A DNA stretch of 64,000 bases from an uncultured bacterium. Its GTDB lineage: Bacteria > Chloroflexota > UBA5177 > JANWHV01. Where the stretch lies: the NCBI GenBank assembly GCA_963729625.1, contig CAVSOU010000008.1:544001-608000 (forward strand). The letters run 5' to 3'. Under the pieces are notes generated by a model. That model was not told the origin of the DNA and did not search any database. It was given only the letters and a program-made list of their open reading frames with translations. Shown piece after piece: positions 29,255 to 38,790 of the stretch. Position 1 is the stretch's first letter. Each line of letters starts with the position of its first letter. A program made the position numbers and the translations under genes.

Positions 29255-30532
29255 ATGACGATGACCCCGGTCGAAAAGGCCACCGTGCTCGATCAGAGCT
29301 CCGTGCTCGAGCTTGCCCTGCGGCAGTTCGAGGCCGCAGCCGACCATCTGCAGCTTGAGACACGCTTCCGGCGCATCCTGCGCCGGTCGCGACGCGAGTT
29401 GACGGTGACATTTCCGGTGCGCATGCGCGACGATTCATTCGCGGTGTTCACTGGCTATCGCGTCCACCACAACATCGTGCGCGGACCGGCGTCCGGCGGC
29501 ATTCGCTATCACCCAGATCTCAATATCAACGCCATCCGCGCTCTGGCGCTCTGGTCTACGTGGCGCTCGGCACTGTTGCGCATACCATTCGGCGGAGCCT
29601 ACGGAGGCGTCGTATGCGACCCGACCTCGATGACCGAAGCGGAGCGCGAGAATCTGACACGCCGCTTTACCACTGAGATCTCCATCCTGCTTGGGCCTGA
29701 TCGCGACATCCCGTCGCCGGATCGCTCGACTGACGCACAGGTAATGGCCTGGATGATGGACACCTACAGCATGCACCGCGGCTATTCCGTGCCCGCTGTA
29801 GTGGCGGGGAAGCCGGTGGCGATCGGCGGATCGCGAGGCTGGGCCGCCTCCAGCGGCCTGGGAACAGCCGTGCTCTGCCGCGAGCTCGCCCGGCTCCGCG
29901 GCCTGAACGTGGAGAACACGCGTATCGCGCTGCAGGGCACCGGGCCCATAGGCGCATCCGCGGCGCATGTGCTGCATGAATGGGGCGCGCGGATCGTGGC
30001 GATCGGTGATGGCCAACAGGGCGTTTTCCAGAACAACGGACTGGACGTTCCGGCTGTTCTCCGGTACATCGCCGAGCACGGCTCCCTGCAGGGCTGCCCC
30101 CTCGGTTCGCCCGTGGACAGCCCGACCCTCGCGCCGCTGCCGTGCGACATTTTGGTCCTGAGCGGCTTCGAGCGCATCGACGAGCAGTCGGCGAAGGCCA
30201 TGCAGGCCATGATGGTGGTGGAAGGAGCCTATGGCACGATCGCGCCGGAGATCGACGCGTTGCTCGAGGCGCGGGGCGTCATGGTACTGCCCGATATTCT
30301 CGGCGGATCGGGCGGAACCGCGGCGTCGTACTTCGAATGGGTCCAGGATATTCAAGAGACGTTCTGGAGCGAGAGCCAGATCAATGTCCGGATCGAGGAG
30401 ATGCTGCTGCGCGCGTTTGAAGACACCTATGCGCTGCATCAGCGCGACGGTATCTCACTTCGCCTGGCCGCCCATTGTCTGGCCGTCGGGCGGGTGGCCG
30501 ATGCGCATCGGATTCGGGGACTGTACCCGTAG
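29255..30532 (+). CDS. Glu/Leu/Phe/Val dehydrogenase homologue with degenerate active site
   Basis: FTGYRVHHN, GGIRYHP, MAWMMDTYS, GKPVAIGGS, SYFEWVQ retained; catalytic lysines replaced; GGAGG RBS. Confidence 0.85.
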   Translation: MTMTPVEKATVLDQSSVLELALRQFEAAADHLQLETRFRRILRRSRRELTVTFPVRMRDDSFAVFTGYRVHHNIVRGPASGGIRYHPDLNINAIRALALWSTWRSALLRIPFGGAYGGVVCDPTSMTEAERENLTRRFTTEISILLGPDRDIPSPDRSTDAQVMAWMMDTYSMHRGYSVPAVVAGKPVAIGGSRGWAASSGLGTAVLCRELARLRGLNVENTRIALQGTGPIGASAAHVLHEWGARIVAIGDGQQGVFQNNGLDVPAVLRYIAEHGSLQGCPLGSPVDSPTLAPLPCDILVLSGFERIDEQSAKAMQAMMVVEGAYGTIAPEIDALLEARGVMVLPDILGGSGGTAASYFEWVQDIQETFWSESQINVRIEEMLLRAFEDTYALHQRDGISLRLAAHCLAVGRVADAHRIRGLYP

Positions 30533-30534
30533 TC

Positions 30535-30801
30535 ATGGGCATCGAGGACGCGGGCCGGTGGGTGCCGCTGACCTACTACTTGCGCCTGAAACGCGGCCAG
30601 CATCCGGCTGTCGAGGTGACGTTTCGGCAGATCGAGGCGGTACTCGGGGATGCACTGCCGAAGCCGGCGCGCAAGCAGCCGGAGTGGTGGCGCAACGACG
30701 CCGCCACTCCGCAGGGTCATGCCTGGCTCGACGCTGGCTGGACGGTAAGCGCGGTGGATTTGTCGAATGAGCGGGTGACGTTCGTGCCTTCGGGTGCTTG
30801 A
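30535..30801 (+). CDS. small conserved protein, DUF7662-like
   Basis: PL..YL...VEVTFRQIEAVLG..LP..A...EWWRN...QGHAWLDAGW.V..VDL...VTF pattern; starts 2 nt after the GDH-like stop. Confidence 0.7.
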   Translation: MGIEDAGRWVPLTYYLRLKRGQHPAVEVTFRQIEAVLGDALPKPARKQPEWWRNDAATPQGHAWLDAGWTVSAVDLSNERVTFVPSGA

Positions 30802-30926
30802 GCGCCTTCTGAATCAAGATCCTTACACAAGCGCTTCGAGGCTGTTGCGCAAGCAACGATCGTGTTTCCCAGCATCGCTGCTTTGCGCGTGTGCGACGGC
30901 GATGAGGATGGGGACGTGGCGCCGGT

Positions 30927-31289
30927 CTATCTGTTGCCGGAGGTCTGGCCGGGCAGGTCAAAGACGATGAGAAGTGCCTGGTCGATGTCGGCGATGGCCG
31001 TCGCATCGAGCATGCCAAGTCTGCGCAGGAGTCTGCCGTGGCCAAGCACCCGAACCTGCTCGCCCATGGCGACAGAATCCACGACCAGGCCCCCATCTGG
31101 GGCATGCAGCACCGTTTGGCTCGGGTAGATGCGTTGTCCATGGTAGGTCGTGCAGGGAACTGCCAGCACGATACGGCTGTTTGCATTGATCGCGTTGCGA
31201 GAGACGATAACGACCGGCCGGCCGGCTGCTTGTTCGGACCGTTCGGTCGGATCGAGCCGTGCACTGTACATCTCGCCGCGCAAGATCAT
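30927..31289 (-). CDS. mazF: MazF/PemK-family toxin
   Basis: RGEMY.A.LDPT..SEQ...RPVVIVSRNAIN, VPCTT, DSVAMGEQVR. Confidence 0.85.
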   Translation of the reverse strand: MILRGEMYSARLDPTERSEQAAGRPVVIVSRNAINANSRIVLAVPCTTYHGQRIYPSQTVLHAPDGGLVVDSVAMGEQVRVLGHGRLLRRLGMLDATAIADIDQALLIVFDLPGQTSGNR

Positions 31290-31558
31290 CGCTGCTCAGC
31301 CACCTGAAACTCCTCCCAGCTCGATCGGTCCAGGCCCTTTTCCAGCATCTCGGCTTCGGCGAGGTAGTCTGCATCGCTCGCCATGTCTGCGAATGCAGCG
31401 TCGATCGCTGCCCGGCGGTGCTCGGCCAGAAACCGGCGCAGCGCTTCCGCAAGCAGGTCGTTGCGCGATCTGGCCATACCCGCGTCGACCGCCCGGTCGG
31501 CGGCGTCGAGCAACTCCTTGGGCAGGGCGACCGTGGTGCGCGTGACTTCCGCGTTCAT
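31286..31558 (-). CDS. RHH (CopG-like) antitoxin
   Basis: RTTVALPKELLDAAD...SRNDLLAEALRRFL, acidic C-terminus; ATGA overlap with the toxin. Confidence 0.8.
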   Translation of the reverse strand: MNAEVTRTTVALPKELLDAADRAVDAGMARSRNDLLAEALRRFLAEHRRAAIDAAFADMASDADYLAEAEMLEKGLDRSSWEEFQVAEQR

Positions 31559-31578
31559 CTCTGTTGAATCCTATCCAG

Positions 31579-31610
31579 GCATCGAGATCGATGCTTTGAA
31601 TGATAGCATA
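31579..31610 (-). promoter_or_regulatory. TA operon operator and -10 box
   Basis: Palindrome GCATCGA-GA-TCGATGC (31579-31594) just downstream of minus-strand TATGCT (31610-31605). Confidence 0.55.
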
Positions 31611-31952
31611 GTCGGTGCACCCTAGAGAAAGAATCTCGCCCGGTGTGAGCGGTGGGCGTTCATGTTCGTTTAAGAGTCGCTAGACTATCATGCATGTGTA
31701 GAACGTTGCGGAACGACACGATCGGATTCCCTCAGTTCGATCGGCCGTTCTTGCCGGCAGCGCGCGATCCGAGGCAATTCGTGCTTCGCCCAGTCGCCGG
31801 CCGCGACAAACAGGCAAGCGTGACCGATACAAGGGGATCTCGCGCTACAGGCCTGGCACAAGCGAACCCTGCCGCGGTGCTATCGCGTAACCAGCGTTCG
31901 GAGGCATCGCGCATCCCGATCGATCTCGGGGTGAGCGATGCAGGTGGGAAGG

Positions 31953-34900
31953 ATGGCAATGAAAAGTAAAGTCGCGCGCGTCATACATCTCGGGCTGCTC
32001 GCCGGCCTCGTACTCGGCTTAATCGTGCCGGCGGCAAACGGCACATCCCAGGCATCAGCCGCCTCGGCCGGCGCCGGTGTCTCCGACCGTTCGACGGTTG
32101 TCGACAGCGCCACCGGGCGGATGTATATCGTCTATGGCAATGTGCTGCACCTGGTGTCCACCCCTCAGGTGTTGACAGTGCTGGGCATCGCGGCATCGTC
32201 CGCCGTGAAGCTCGACAGCACGCAGTTGGCGCAGCTGCAGGAAGGCGCACCGCTGACGCTGCGGGAGACCAACGGACAGACCGATCCGCTGTCGCCGGTG
32301 GCGTCAGGCACGGCGTCGCTGACGCTCAGCACGGCGAGCGTGCCTGCCGGCGAGCCGTTCTCGGTGCAAGGGGCGGGATTCACGCCCTCAGAGCCGGTTC
32401 AGCTCGTCTTCGACTTTGGGCAGGTAAGCAGCACGCTGCACGCGGATGCCACGGGCGTCTTCAGCGGGACGTTCGTCATGCCTGTCTCGGTAACGCCGGC
32501 AATCATCCGCGTCTTTGCCTTTGGCGGGCTGAGCAAGATCATGGAAATCGAGCCGATTGCCGTACTCGAGAAAGAAGGTCCGCCGCACCTCACGGCAAGC
32601 GCTGCCAAGCTCTACCCCGGGGACGGCGTCGGCGTGGCGGGAACCGGTTTTCAGCCGTACGAAACCGTCTCCATCTACTTCACCGCGGGCGGCACTTCCG
32701 TGGAGACGGCCGCGGACGTGCGTGGCGCATTCACGGCGCAAACTGTGACCGCGCCGGCGACGATCTCGCCGGGCAGTCACAGCATCACGGCGAGCGGGAA
32801 GACCAGCCATCACTCCACGAAGGTCTATGTCACGATTGTCGCGCGGCCGATCGTGAAAGCAAGCCTGGTCGTAAGCCCGGCCGAGACGCGTGCCGGGCAG
32901 CCGATTGTGCTGAGCGGCGCTGGTTTCCTGGCCAATGAACTGGTGCACGTGCGGATTGGCGCGGCGCAGGCCTTCGACCTCCGTGCCGACGGCAACGGCG
33001 CGTTTCAGAATGTGCGGGTTTCGCTGAGCCAAAGTCTGGCGGCGGGAAAGGCCACCGTCAGCGCGACAGGCACGTCATCGCAGCGCAGCAGCATCGCCAC
33101 CCTGTCCATCGTGGCGCCGCTGCAGACGAACGCGATTCCGGCTGACGGCTCGCTCATCCGCGATCAGTCGACCGGCAGAGTCTACTTCATCTGGGGAAGC
33201 GTGCGCCACTGGATCGACAGCCCGGCTGTGCTTCAGACTCTCGGCTTCAGCAGCGCGAGTCCGGTGGATCTGCCTTCCGCGGCAGTGACTGCGATCAAGA
33301 ACGGCGCCACGTTAGGGCTGACGCTTGTCGACGGTCTCGTGTTCCCGCTTGCGCCCGTCAGCAACAGCGGTGCATCGCTCCGGCTATCGGAGCCATCCGA
33401 CACGCCCGGGAAAGTGTTTACCATTACCGGCTCGCGTTTCGCGCACTTCGAGGCCGTGCAGATCGTGTTCGCGGGAGCGGCGCAGGTCGTCGCTACCGAC
33501 GGCAGCGGCAACCTCACAGCGTCGCTCGTCGTCCCGGGCTCCGCGCAGCCAAACAGCGTGTTGCAGGTGATCGTGTTGGGCCAGGCCAGTCACGTATTCG
33601 CTATGGAACCGTTCAACGTGATCAACGCGCCGGCCACGGCGAGCCTCATCTCGCAGACGCCGAGCGTGCTCCAGGGCGCGCACGCAATCGTGAGCGGCAG
33701 TGGCTTTTTGCCAAACGAACAGGTGAACCTGTTCCTGGGCCAGACCGCATCGGCTGCGCCGGCGCAGGCGGATCAAAACGGTATCTTCTCGTCCGGCGCG
33801 CTGGTAGTGCCGCCATCACTGAGCGTGGGTTCGCACAGCCTCATGGCCTACGGCCTGTCCAGCAAGCGATTTGCTCAGGGCACCATTACTATCGTGAAAC
33901 CGTCGCTGAGCCCTCCTACGCTCTCTACGGATCGTACCAGCGTCAACCCGGGCAGCCTCGTGCAGGTGCGCGGCTACAACTTCGCGGCGCACGAGACCGT
34001 CCACGTGAGCTTCGGCTCGACACTGGTCCTCTCGTTGCAGAGCGGATCCAGCGGCCAGTTCGGTCCCGTGGGCATCACTATTCCCACCACCACGCCCGCC
34101 GGCAGCTACACACTCAGCGGCACTGGCGGCACATCTAATTCGACCGCGACGGTGACGCTGACGATCGTGGCCTACAACCCATCTATCAGCATCTCTCCGG
34201 TGTATGCGATTCCCGGCACGAGAATCGCCGTGGGCGGGAACGGCTACGCCGCGGGCGAAATCGTGACGCTGGCCCTGAACGGGCAGGCTCTGGCGACAAG
34301 CCCCGGCCAGATCAAGACCGGCCCAGCCGGCGCCTTCTCCGCGAGCTTCATCGTGCCGCCCACGGCGCTTGCCGGGGCGAACACCGTGGCGGCGTCGGGC
34401 GCCACGAGCCGAGCCTCGGCCACGATGGGTCTTGCCGTGAGTCTGCCGGTGCAGTCCACGTGGTATTTCGCGGGCGGGAACACGGCACCCGGATTCGACA
34501 CGGAGATCGCGCTGGTCAACCCAAATGGCGCGCCTACCAACGTCACCTTCTCGTTCATGTTTACGAGCGGGAGCCCCATGCCGTATTCGATGGTCGTGGG
34601 CGCCGATAGCCGGGCCACGGTCAACGTGGGCTCCATCGTGGGAGCGGGCCGTGCCGTCTTCACCATGCTGACCGCCGATCGCAAGATTGGCGCCTCGGAA
34701 ACGGTCTTCCGAAACGGCCAGGACTTCAGCTCGACGAGCGGCGCCAGCGCACCGTTGCGCACGTGGTATCTCGCAGAGGGCTATACGGGCCTCAGTTTCC
34801 ATGAGTACATCCGCATCTTCAATCCAGGCATCGGCCAGGCGCATGTCGACTTGCGCCTGCTGCCGTTCAATGGCCGTCCCGCCACCTCGCTCATCGAGCT

Positions 34901-35708
34901 GCTAGCGGCCCAGACGGGGACCATCGTCGACGTCAACGCGATCGAGTCTGGTCTCTCGCTGTCGGCGATCGTCAGCAGCGACCAGCCTGTCGTCGTGGAG
35001 CGGCTGATGACCTTCGGGCCTGGCGGCTACGGCGCCACCGAGCAGGTTGGCGCGTCGGCGCCATCCAGCACCTGGCTGTTTGCCGAAGGCTCTACAGTGA
35101 ACAACTTCGAGACGTATTACACGATTCTCAACCCGAGCTCATCGCAGCTCGCCGCGGTCACGGCGACGTTCTTTGACCAGGCCGGCAACGTGTTGGCGAA
35201 CACGACAGTGCTGATCAATCCGCTGCGACGCGGCAACATCAAGGTCAACGATCTGCTGCGCTCGAGCGGTATCGCCACGATCCTCACCTCAAACATCCCG
35301 GTGGTGGCAGAGCGGCCCCTCTACTTCGGATCGCCGAATTCGTCCACCGCTGGGTCGGGGGGCAGTGACGTATTCGGACGCAACGGCGGCGGCGTGAGTT
35401 GGCTTTTCCCCGAGGGGAATACCAGCGCAGGGTACACGGAGTTTCTTCTCCTCCAGAATCCCAGCGCGCGGCCTGCGCCGGTGACCGTCCGCTTCTTCGA
35501 AACCAACGGCCAGACCGTCGACTACGGCGTGACGCTGCCCGGGAAGAGCCGGACCACCGTCGACGTGCTGCGGAATGTTCCCACGCTGCCGCCAGGATTG
35601 CACGGATCGATCGTGCAGTCGACGAACGGCGTGCCGATCATCGCGGAACAGAGCATCTATAGCGACAACTTCACAAAAGGTGATGGCGAAGCTGGAATCT
35701 CACAATAG
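31953..35708 (+). CDS. large secreted/surface protein with Ig-like repeats and four C-terminal W(Y/L)xxEG-type repeats
   Basis: Signal peptide; repeated G.GF...E.V...ADxxGxF modules; WYFAGG, WYLAEG, WLFAEG, WLFPEG units each followed by NP. Confidence 0.8.
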   Translation: MAMKSKVARVIHLGLLAGLVLGLIVPAANGTSQASAASAGAGVSDRSTVVDSATGRMYIVYGNVLHLVSTPQVLTVLGIAASSAVKLDSTQLAQLQEGAPLTLRETNGQTDPLSPVASGTASLTLSTASVPAGEPFSVQGAGFTPSEPVQLVFDFGQVSSTLHADATGVFSGTFVMPVSVTPAIIRVFAFGGLSKIMEIEPIAVLEKEGPPHLTASAAKLYPGDGVGVAGTGFQPYETVSIYFTAGGTSVETAADVRGAFTAQTVTAPATISPGSHSITASGKTSHHSTKVYVTIVARPIVKASLVVSPAETRAGQPIVLSGAGFLANELVHVRIGAAQAFDLRADGNGAFQNVRVSLSQSLAAGKATVSATGTSSQRSSIATLSIVAPLQTNAIPADGSLIRDQSTGRVYFIWGSVRHWIDSPAVLQTLGFSSASPVDLPSAAVTAIKNGATLGLTLVDGLVFPLAPVSNSGASLRLSEPSDTPGKVFTITGSRFAHFEAVQIVFAGAAQVVATDGSGNLTASLVVPGSAQPNSVLQVIVLGQASHVFAMEPFNVINAPATASLISQTPSVLQGAHAIVSGSGFLPNEQVNLFLGQTASAAPAQADQNGIFSSGALVVPPSLSVGSHSLMAYGLSSKRFAQGTITIVKPSLSPPTLSTDRTSVNPGSLVQVRGYNFAAHETVHVSFGSTLVLSLQSGSSGQFGPVGITIPTTTPAGSYTLSGTGGTSNSTATVTLTIVAYNPSISISPVYAIPGTRIAVGGNGYAAGEIVTLALNGQALATSPGQIKTGPAGAFSASFIVPPTALAGANTVAASGATSRASATMGLAVSLPVQSTWYFAGGNTAPGFDTEIALVNPNGAPTNVTFSFMFTSGSPMPYSMVVGADSRATVNVGSIVGAGRAVFTMLTADRKIGASETVFRNGQDFSSTSGASAPLRTWYLAEGYTGLSFHEYIRIFNPGIGQAHVDLRLLPFNGRPATSLIELLAAQTGTIVDVNAIESGLSLSAIVSSDQPVVVERLMTFGPGGYGATEQVGASAPSSTWLFAEGSTVNNFETYYTILNPSSSQLAAVTATFFDQAGNVLANTTVLINPLRRGNIKVNDLLRSSGIATILTSNIPVVAERPLYFGSPNSSTAGSGGSDVFGRNGGGVSWLFPEGNTSAGYTEFLLLQNPSARPAPVTVRFFETNGQTVDYGVTLPGKSRTTVDVLRNVPTLPPGLHGSIVQSTNGVPIIAEQSIYSDNFTKGDGEAGISQ

Positions 35709-35728
35709 ACCTAGCGAAGGGACCACGG

Positions 35729-38689
35729 ATGCATCAATCGCCGACCGTGTGGCTGCGCATCGCCGCGCTGGCAGCAGTCTGCACGCTGCCCTGTATGGAC
35801 CCGGCGAAGGCCGCATCGGCATTCGCACAAGCTCAGCCTGCCGCGGCTGTCGTGACTGTGACGACAAGCGCCCCGGCGGGACGCTACACGGTCGGCCAGC
35901 CGATCTCTGTCACCGTCTTGGAAAGCAATCCCAGCCAGTCCGAGCGCATCTACAGTCGCACCGAGTACCTGCTGGACTACTTTGGCAATGCTACCACCGT
36001 CGTCTCCGATACCATCGCCCTGGCAGCCGGCGAGAACTTGTCCAGCCCGGTCTCCGTTCCGATCGCGGGCTCCGGGTACTACGAGTATCACGTGACCCTC
36101 ACCGACCAGGCCACGCAGCAGCAGGTCACCGCCTTCGCGCCCATCGGCATAACTCGGCCGCAACCGGCAGGACTTGACCCGCAGTCGGCGTTCGGGATCA
36201 ACGGTACTCTGACCGAGGCCTATGGGACGAACGCCGCTGCCATGGCAAGCACGGCACAACTCATGGCGCAAGCGGGCATACGCTACGATCGCGAAGAGCT
36301 GCGCTGGGATCGCATCGAGCCGCACGCGGGCAGCGGTCAGTTCAACTTCGCGGCGACGGACGCGGCGATTGCAGCCGCGCACAACGCCGGCATTCAGGTG
36401 CTGGGATTGATCGACTACTGGGGCAGTCTGCCGCAGCCTGACACGACCGTCACCGTCACCGGCAGTTACACCATCACCGGTTGCAGCAAGACTCCAGCCT
36501 GCGCGTATACGCCGGCGGGTGACGCCATGTTCGCGAATTACGCGGCCGCCGTCGTCCATCGCTATATGCCCGGCGGCGCCCTCGCCACCCAGCAGGGCTG
36601 GGGAAACAGCTACGGTATCACGAATTGGGAAGTCTGGAACGAGCCTTCCACGCAGGCGTTCTGGCGGCACGATCTCACGGACTATGTCGCGCTCTTCGGC
36701 GGCCTCTACAAGGCCGCTTCGGTCGCCGTCCGGCAGGCCGATCCGAGCGCCAACGCGACGTATGACGAGAGCGGAACCGCCATCGACGCCGCGGTCAAGG
36801 CCGCGGGAGGAGTCTCGCAAATCCTGAGCGTGCACAGCTACAGTGGAGGGCTCGATCCCGACGCCGCGCTCAGCTCGCCCACGCTTCCCCGCGGCGGGCA
36901 GGGCACGGCGCCGGCGGCGATCGGCGCTATTGTCGCCCAGGGCTTGCCCGTGTGGATCACGGAGACCGGGTATCCGACCGACGGTACCGTGACCGCGCGC
37001 CAGCAGGCAGAGTACCTGGTGCGATCGTACGTGGACTTCCAGGCGCAGGGCGTCAAGAAGACCTTTTGGTTCAAGTTCCGTGAGGATGCCCCCGGGGGTG
37101 ACAACCTCTACGGAATAACCAGCCAGAACGGCGCTCTCAAGCCCGCATACGTGGCGTACTCCACCATGGCCCAGCACTTGCAGGACGCGACGTTCGTCTC
37201 CTCGGCCCAGGTTGGCACCGCGGTCCGCGCGTATCTTTACAGCCTGGTCGACGGTTCGACGGAAGCAGTGCTGTGGAGCACCGCGGAGAACGGCGCCATG
37301 ACCATTCCAGCCGGCAGTGGGGCCGCGATGAGCGCCGACGACATCATGGACAATCCGACCGGGCAGCTGACCGCGGCCGGGCTGACGTTGCCGCTCTCCG
37401 GCGACCCGGTGTTTCTCACCGTCAAGGGTATGGCGGCGGCCCAGATCAAGAACGCGCTCGAGCAGGCGCAGGTCACCGGCATCAACCCGGTCGGCTCCGT
37501 CGTGAGCATGGCGCCCGGACTGAGCAATGGTTTGCCGAACCTCAATGTGACGGTGTCCGCTCGCATCGACGTAGCGATTTCCGGCACGGTCGCGCTCAGC
37601 TTGCCGGTCGGCTGGGTCGCGCCGGTGGTGAGCAAGCGATTCGCCCTGCTGCAGCCCGGCCAGTCCACGTCGCTGAGCTTTCGCCTGAATGCGGAGGTTA
37701 ACCACCCGGACGACCATGTTGGCGCGACGGCTATCGCAACCACCGGCATCTCGAATACCGCCCGCATACCGGTGGCAGAGTATGCATTGACCTATGGCCA
37801 TCCGGCCATTGACGGCACGCTGGCGACCTGGGCCACGGCGTCGGAGGCCAGCTTGATCGAGCTGCGGCCCGACCAGATTGTGGGCATTCCCGGCTGGACG
37901 CCACAGAATCTCTCGGCGCGGATTTACACCATGTGGGACGAGCAGCACTTCTACTTCGCGGCCGACGTGAAGGACGAGACGTTCGACTATGCCCCGATCG
38001 GTTTCAACATGTACAAGGGCGACTCGATCCAGTTTGGCTGGGCAATGGATCCCGATGCCTGGCTGCGCAACGCGGGCAAGGGCAGGACAAACGTGGCGGT
38101 CGGCCTCACGCACCAGGGCCCGGCCAACTTTCAGTACAACCTCCTCGGTCCCTGGGTGGACATGAAGCAACAGATCGAGCCCGATCCTGCCAGCGGCGAT
38201 CTCATCTACACGGTAGCGGTCCCTTGGAGCCGCCTGGCCAAGTACGTACCGAAGATCGGCAAGCAGTTCGCCTTCGACGCGATCATCAACCAGAACGAAC
38301 ACGGGGTCCGGATCGGCTGGATACAGGTTACGCCTGGTATGGGCATCGGCTTCTATCCCTCGCAGTTTCCCCTGTGGAGCATAATCGGAAGCAACCCGGC
38401 TGCCGGTCTGCGGCTCGGCGGGCTGGTGGCGCCGGACCAGGGCGCGACCTCGTTCACGCTGCCCACGGCGCACGGCCAGCTGGTGATTCACAATGGAGGC
38501 ATGCGGACGATCTCGCTGCAGATCGACGGCGCGCCGCTCGTTCTCGGTCCCGCTGGGATCACGCTGGCGCCATCGGGCGATACCAGCGTGGACATTTCGC
38601 GCTACGTGCATGCCGGCACGAACACGGTGAGCGCCAGCGCCGTGGGCGTCACGAGAGCAGGGGCGGCGGTGCTCGCATTCTTCCAGTAG
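35729..38689 (+). CDS. secreted clan GH-A glycoside hydrolase (GH39/GH5-like) with CBM9-like domain
   Basis: Signal peptide; WDRIEP, WEVWNEP acid/base, PVWITETGYPT nucleophile; IDG.L..W, WDEQHFY, GDSIQF. Confidence 0.8.
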   Translation: MHQSPTVWLRIAALAAVCTLPCMDPAKAASAFAQAQPAAAVVTVTTSAPAGRYTVGQPISVTVLESNPSQSERIYSRTEYLLDYFGNATTVVSDTIALAAGENLSSPVSVPIAGSGYYEYHVTLTDQATQQQVTAFAPIGITRPQPAGLDPQSAFGINGTLTEAYGTNAAAMASTAQLMAQAGIRYDREELRWDRIEPHAGSGQFNFAATDAAIAAAHNAGIQVLGLIDYWGSLPQPDTTVTVTGSYTITGCSKTPACAYTPAGDAMFANYAAAVVHRYMPGGALATQQGWGNSYGITNWEVWNEPSTQAFWRHDLTDYVALFGGLYKAASVAVRQADPSANATYDESGTAIDAAVKAAGGVSQILSVHSYSGGLDPDAALSSPTLPRGGQGTAPAAIGAIVAQGLPVWITETGYPTDGTVTARQQAEYLVRSYVDFQAQGVKKTFWFKFREDAPGGDNLYGITSQNGALKPAYVAYSTMAQHLQDATFVSSAQVGTAVRAYLYSLVDGSTEAVLWSTAENGAMTIPAGSGAAMSADDIMDNPTGQLTAAGLTLPLSGDPVFLTVKGMAAAQIKNALEQAQVTGINPVGSVVSMAPGLSNGLPNLNVTVSARIDVAISGTVALSLPVGWVAPVVSKRFALLQPGQSTSLSFRLNAEVNHPDDHVGATAIATTGISNTARIPVAEYALTYGHPAIDGTLATWATASEASLIELRPDQIVGIPGWTPQNLSARIYTMWDEQHFYFAADVKDETFDYAPIGFNMYKGDSIQFGWAMDPDAWLRNAGKGRTNVAVGLTHQGPANFQYNLLGPWVDMKQQIEPDPASGDLIYTVAVPWSRLAKYVPKIGKQFAFDAIINQNEHGVRIGWIQVTPGMGIGFYPSQFPLWSIIGSNPAAGLRLGGLVAPDQGATSFTLPTAHGQLVIHNGGMRTISLQIDGAPLVLGPAGITLAPSGDTSVDISRYVHAGTNTVSASAVGVTRAGAAVLAFFQ

Positions 38690-38790
38690 GGGACGGGTGG
38701 CTGCTCCCAGCTTGGTCGGCCCGGCGTGCTAGAATGTGCTTGGGATCAGTGCAATTGCAAGTGCTCGCATCAGAGCCTGAGAGCCGTGGA

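Noticed and set aside
30822-30833. CTTACACAAGCG, matching the reverse complement of 28001-28012
   Set aside because: Isolated half-site without the other promoter blocks or a correctly oriented downstream gene; may be chance
31800-31895. ACAAG and GTAAC words upstream of the surface protein
   Set aside because: Spacing does not match the conserved 90-bp promoter; not enough to call a third copy
35711-38611. 966-aa minus-strand ORF
   Set aside because: Antisense shadow of the glycoside hydrolase; Arg-rich, no motifs, expected at high GC
37933-38790. N-terminal extension of the XRE-STAND ORF
   Set aside because: Overlaps the hydrolase in another frame; recognisable protein begins near 38791
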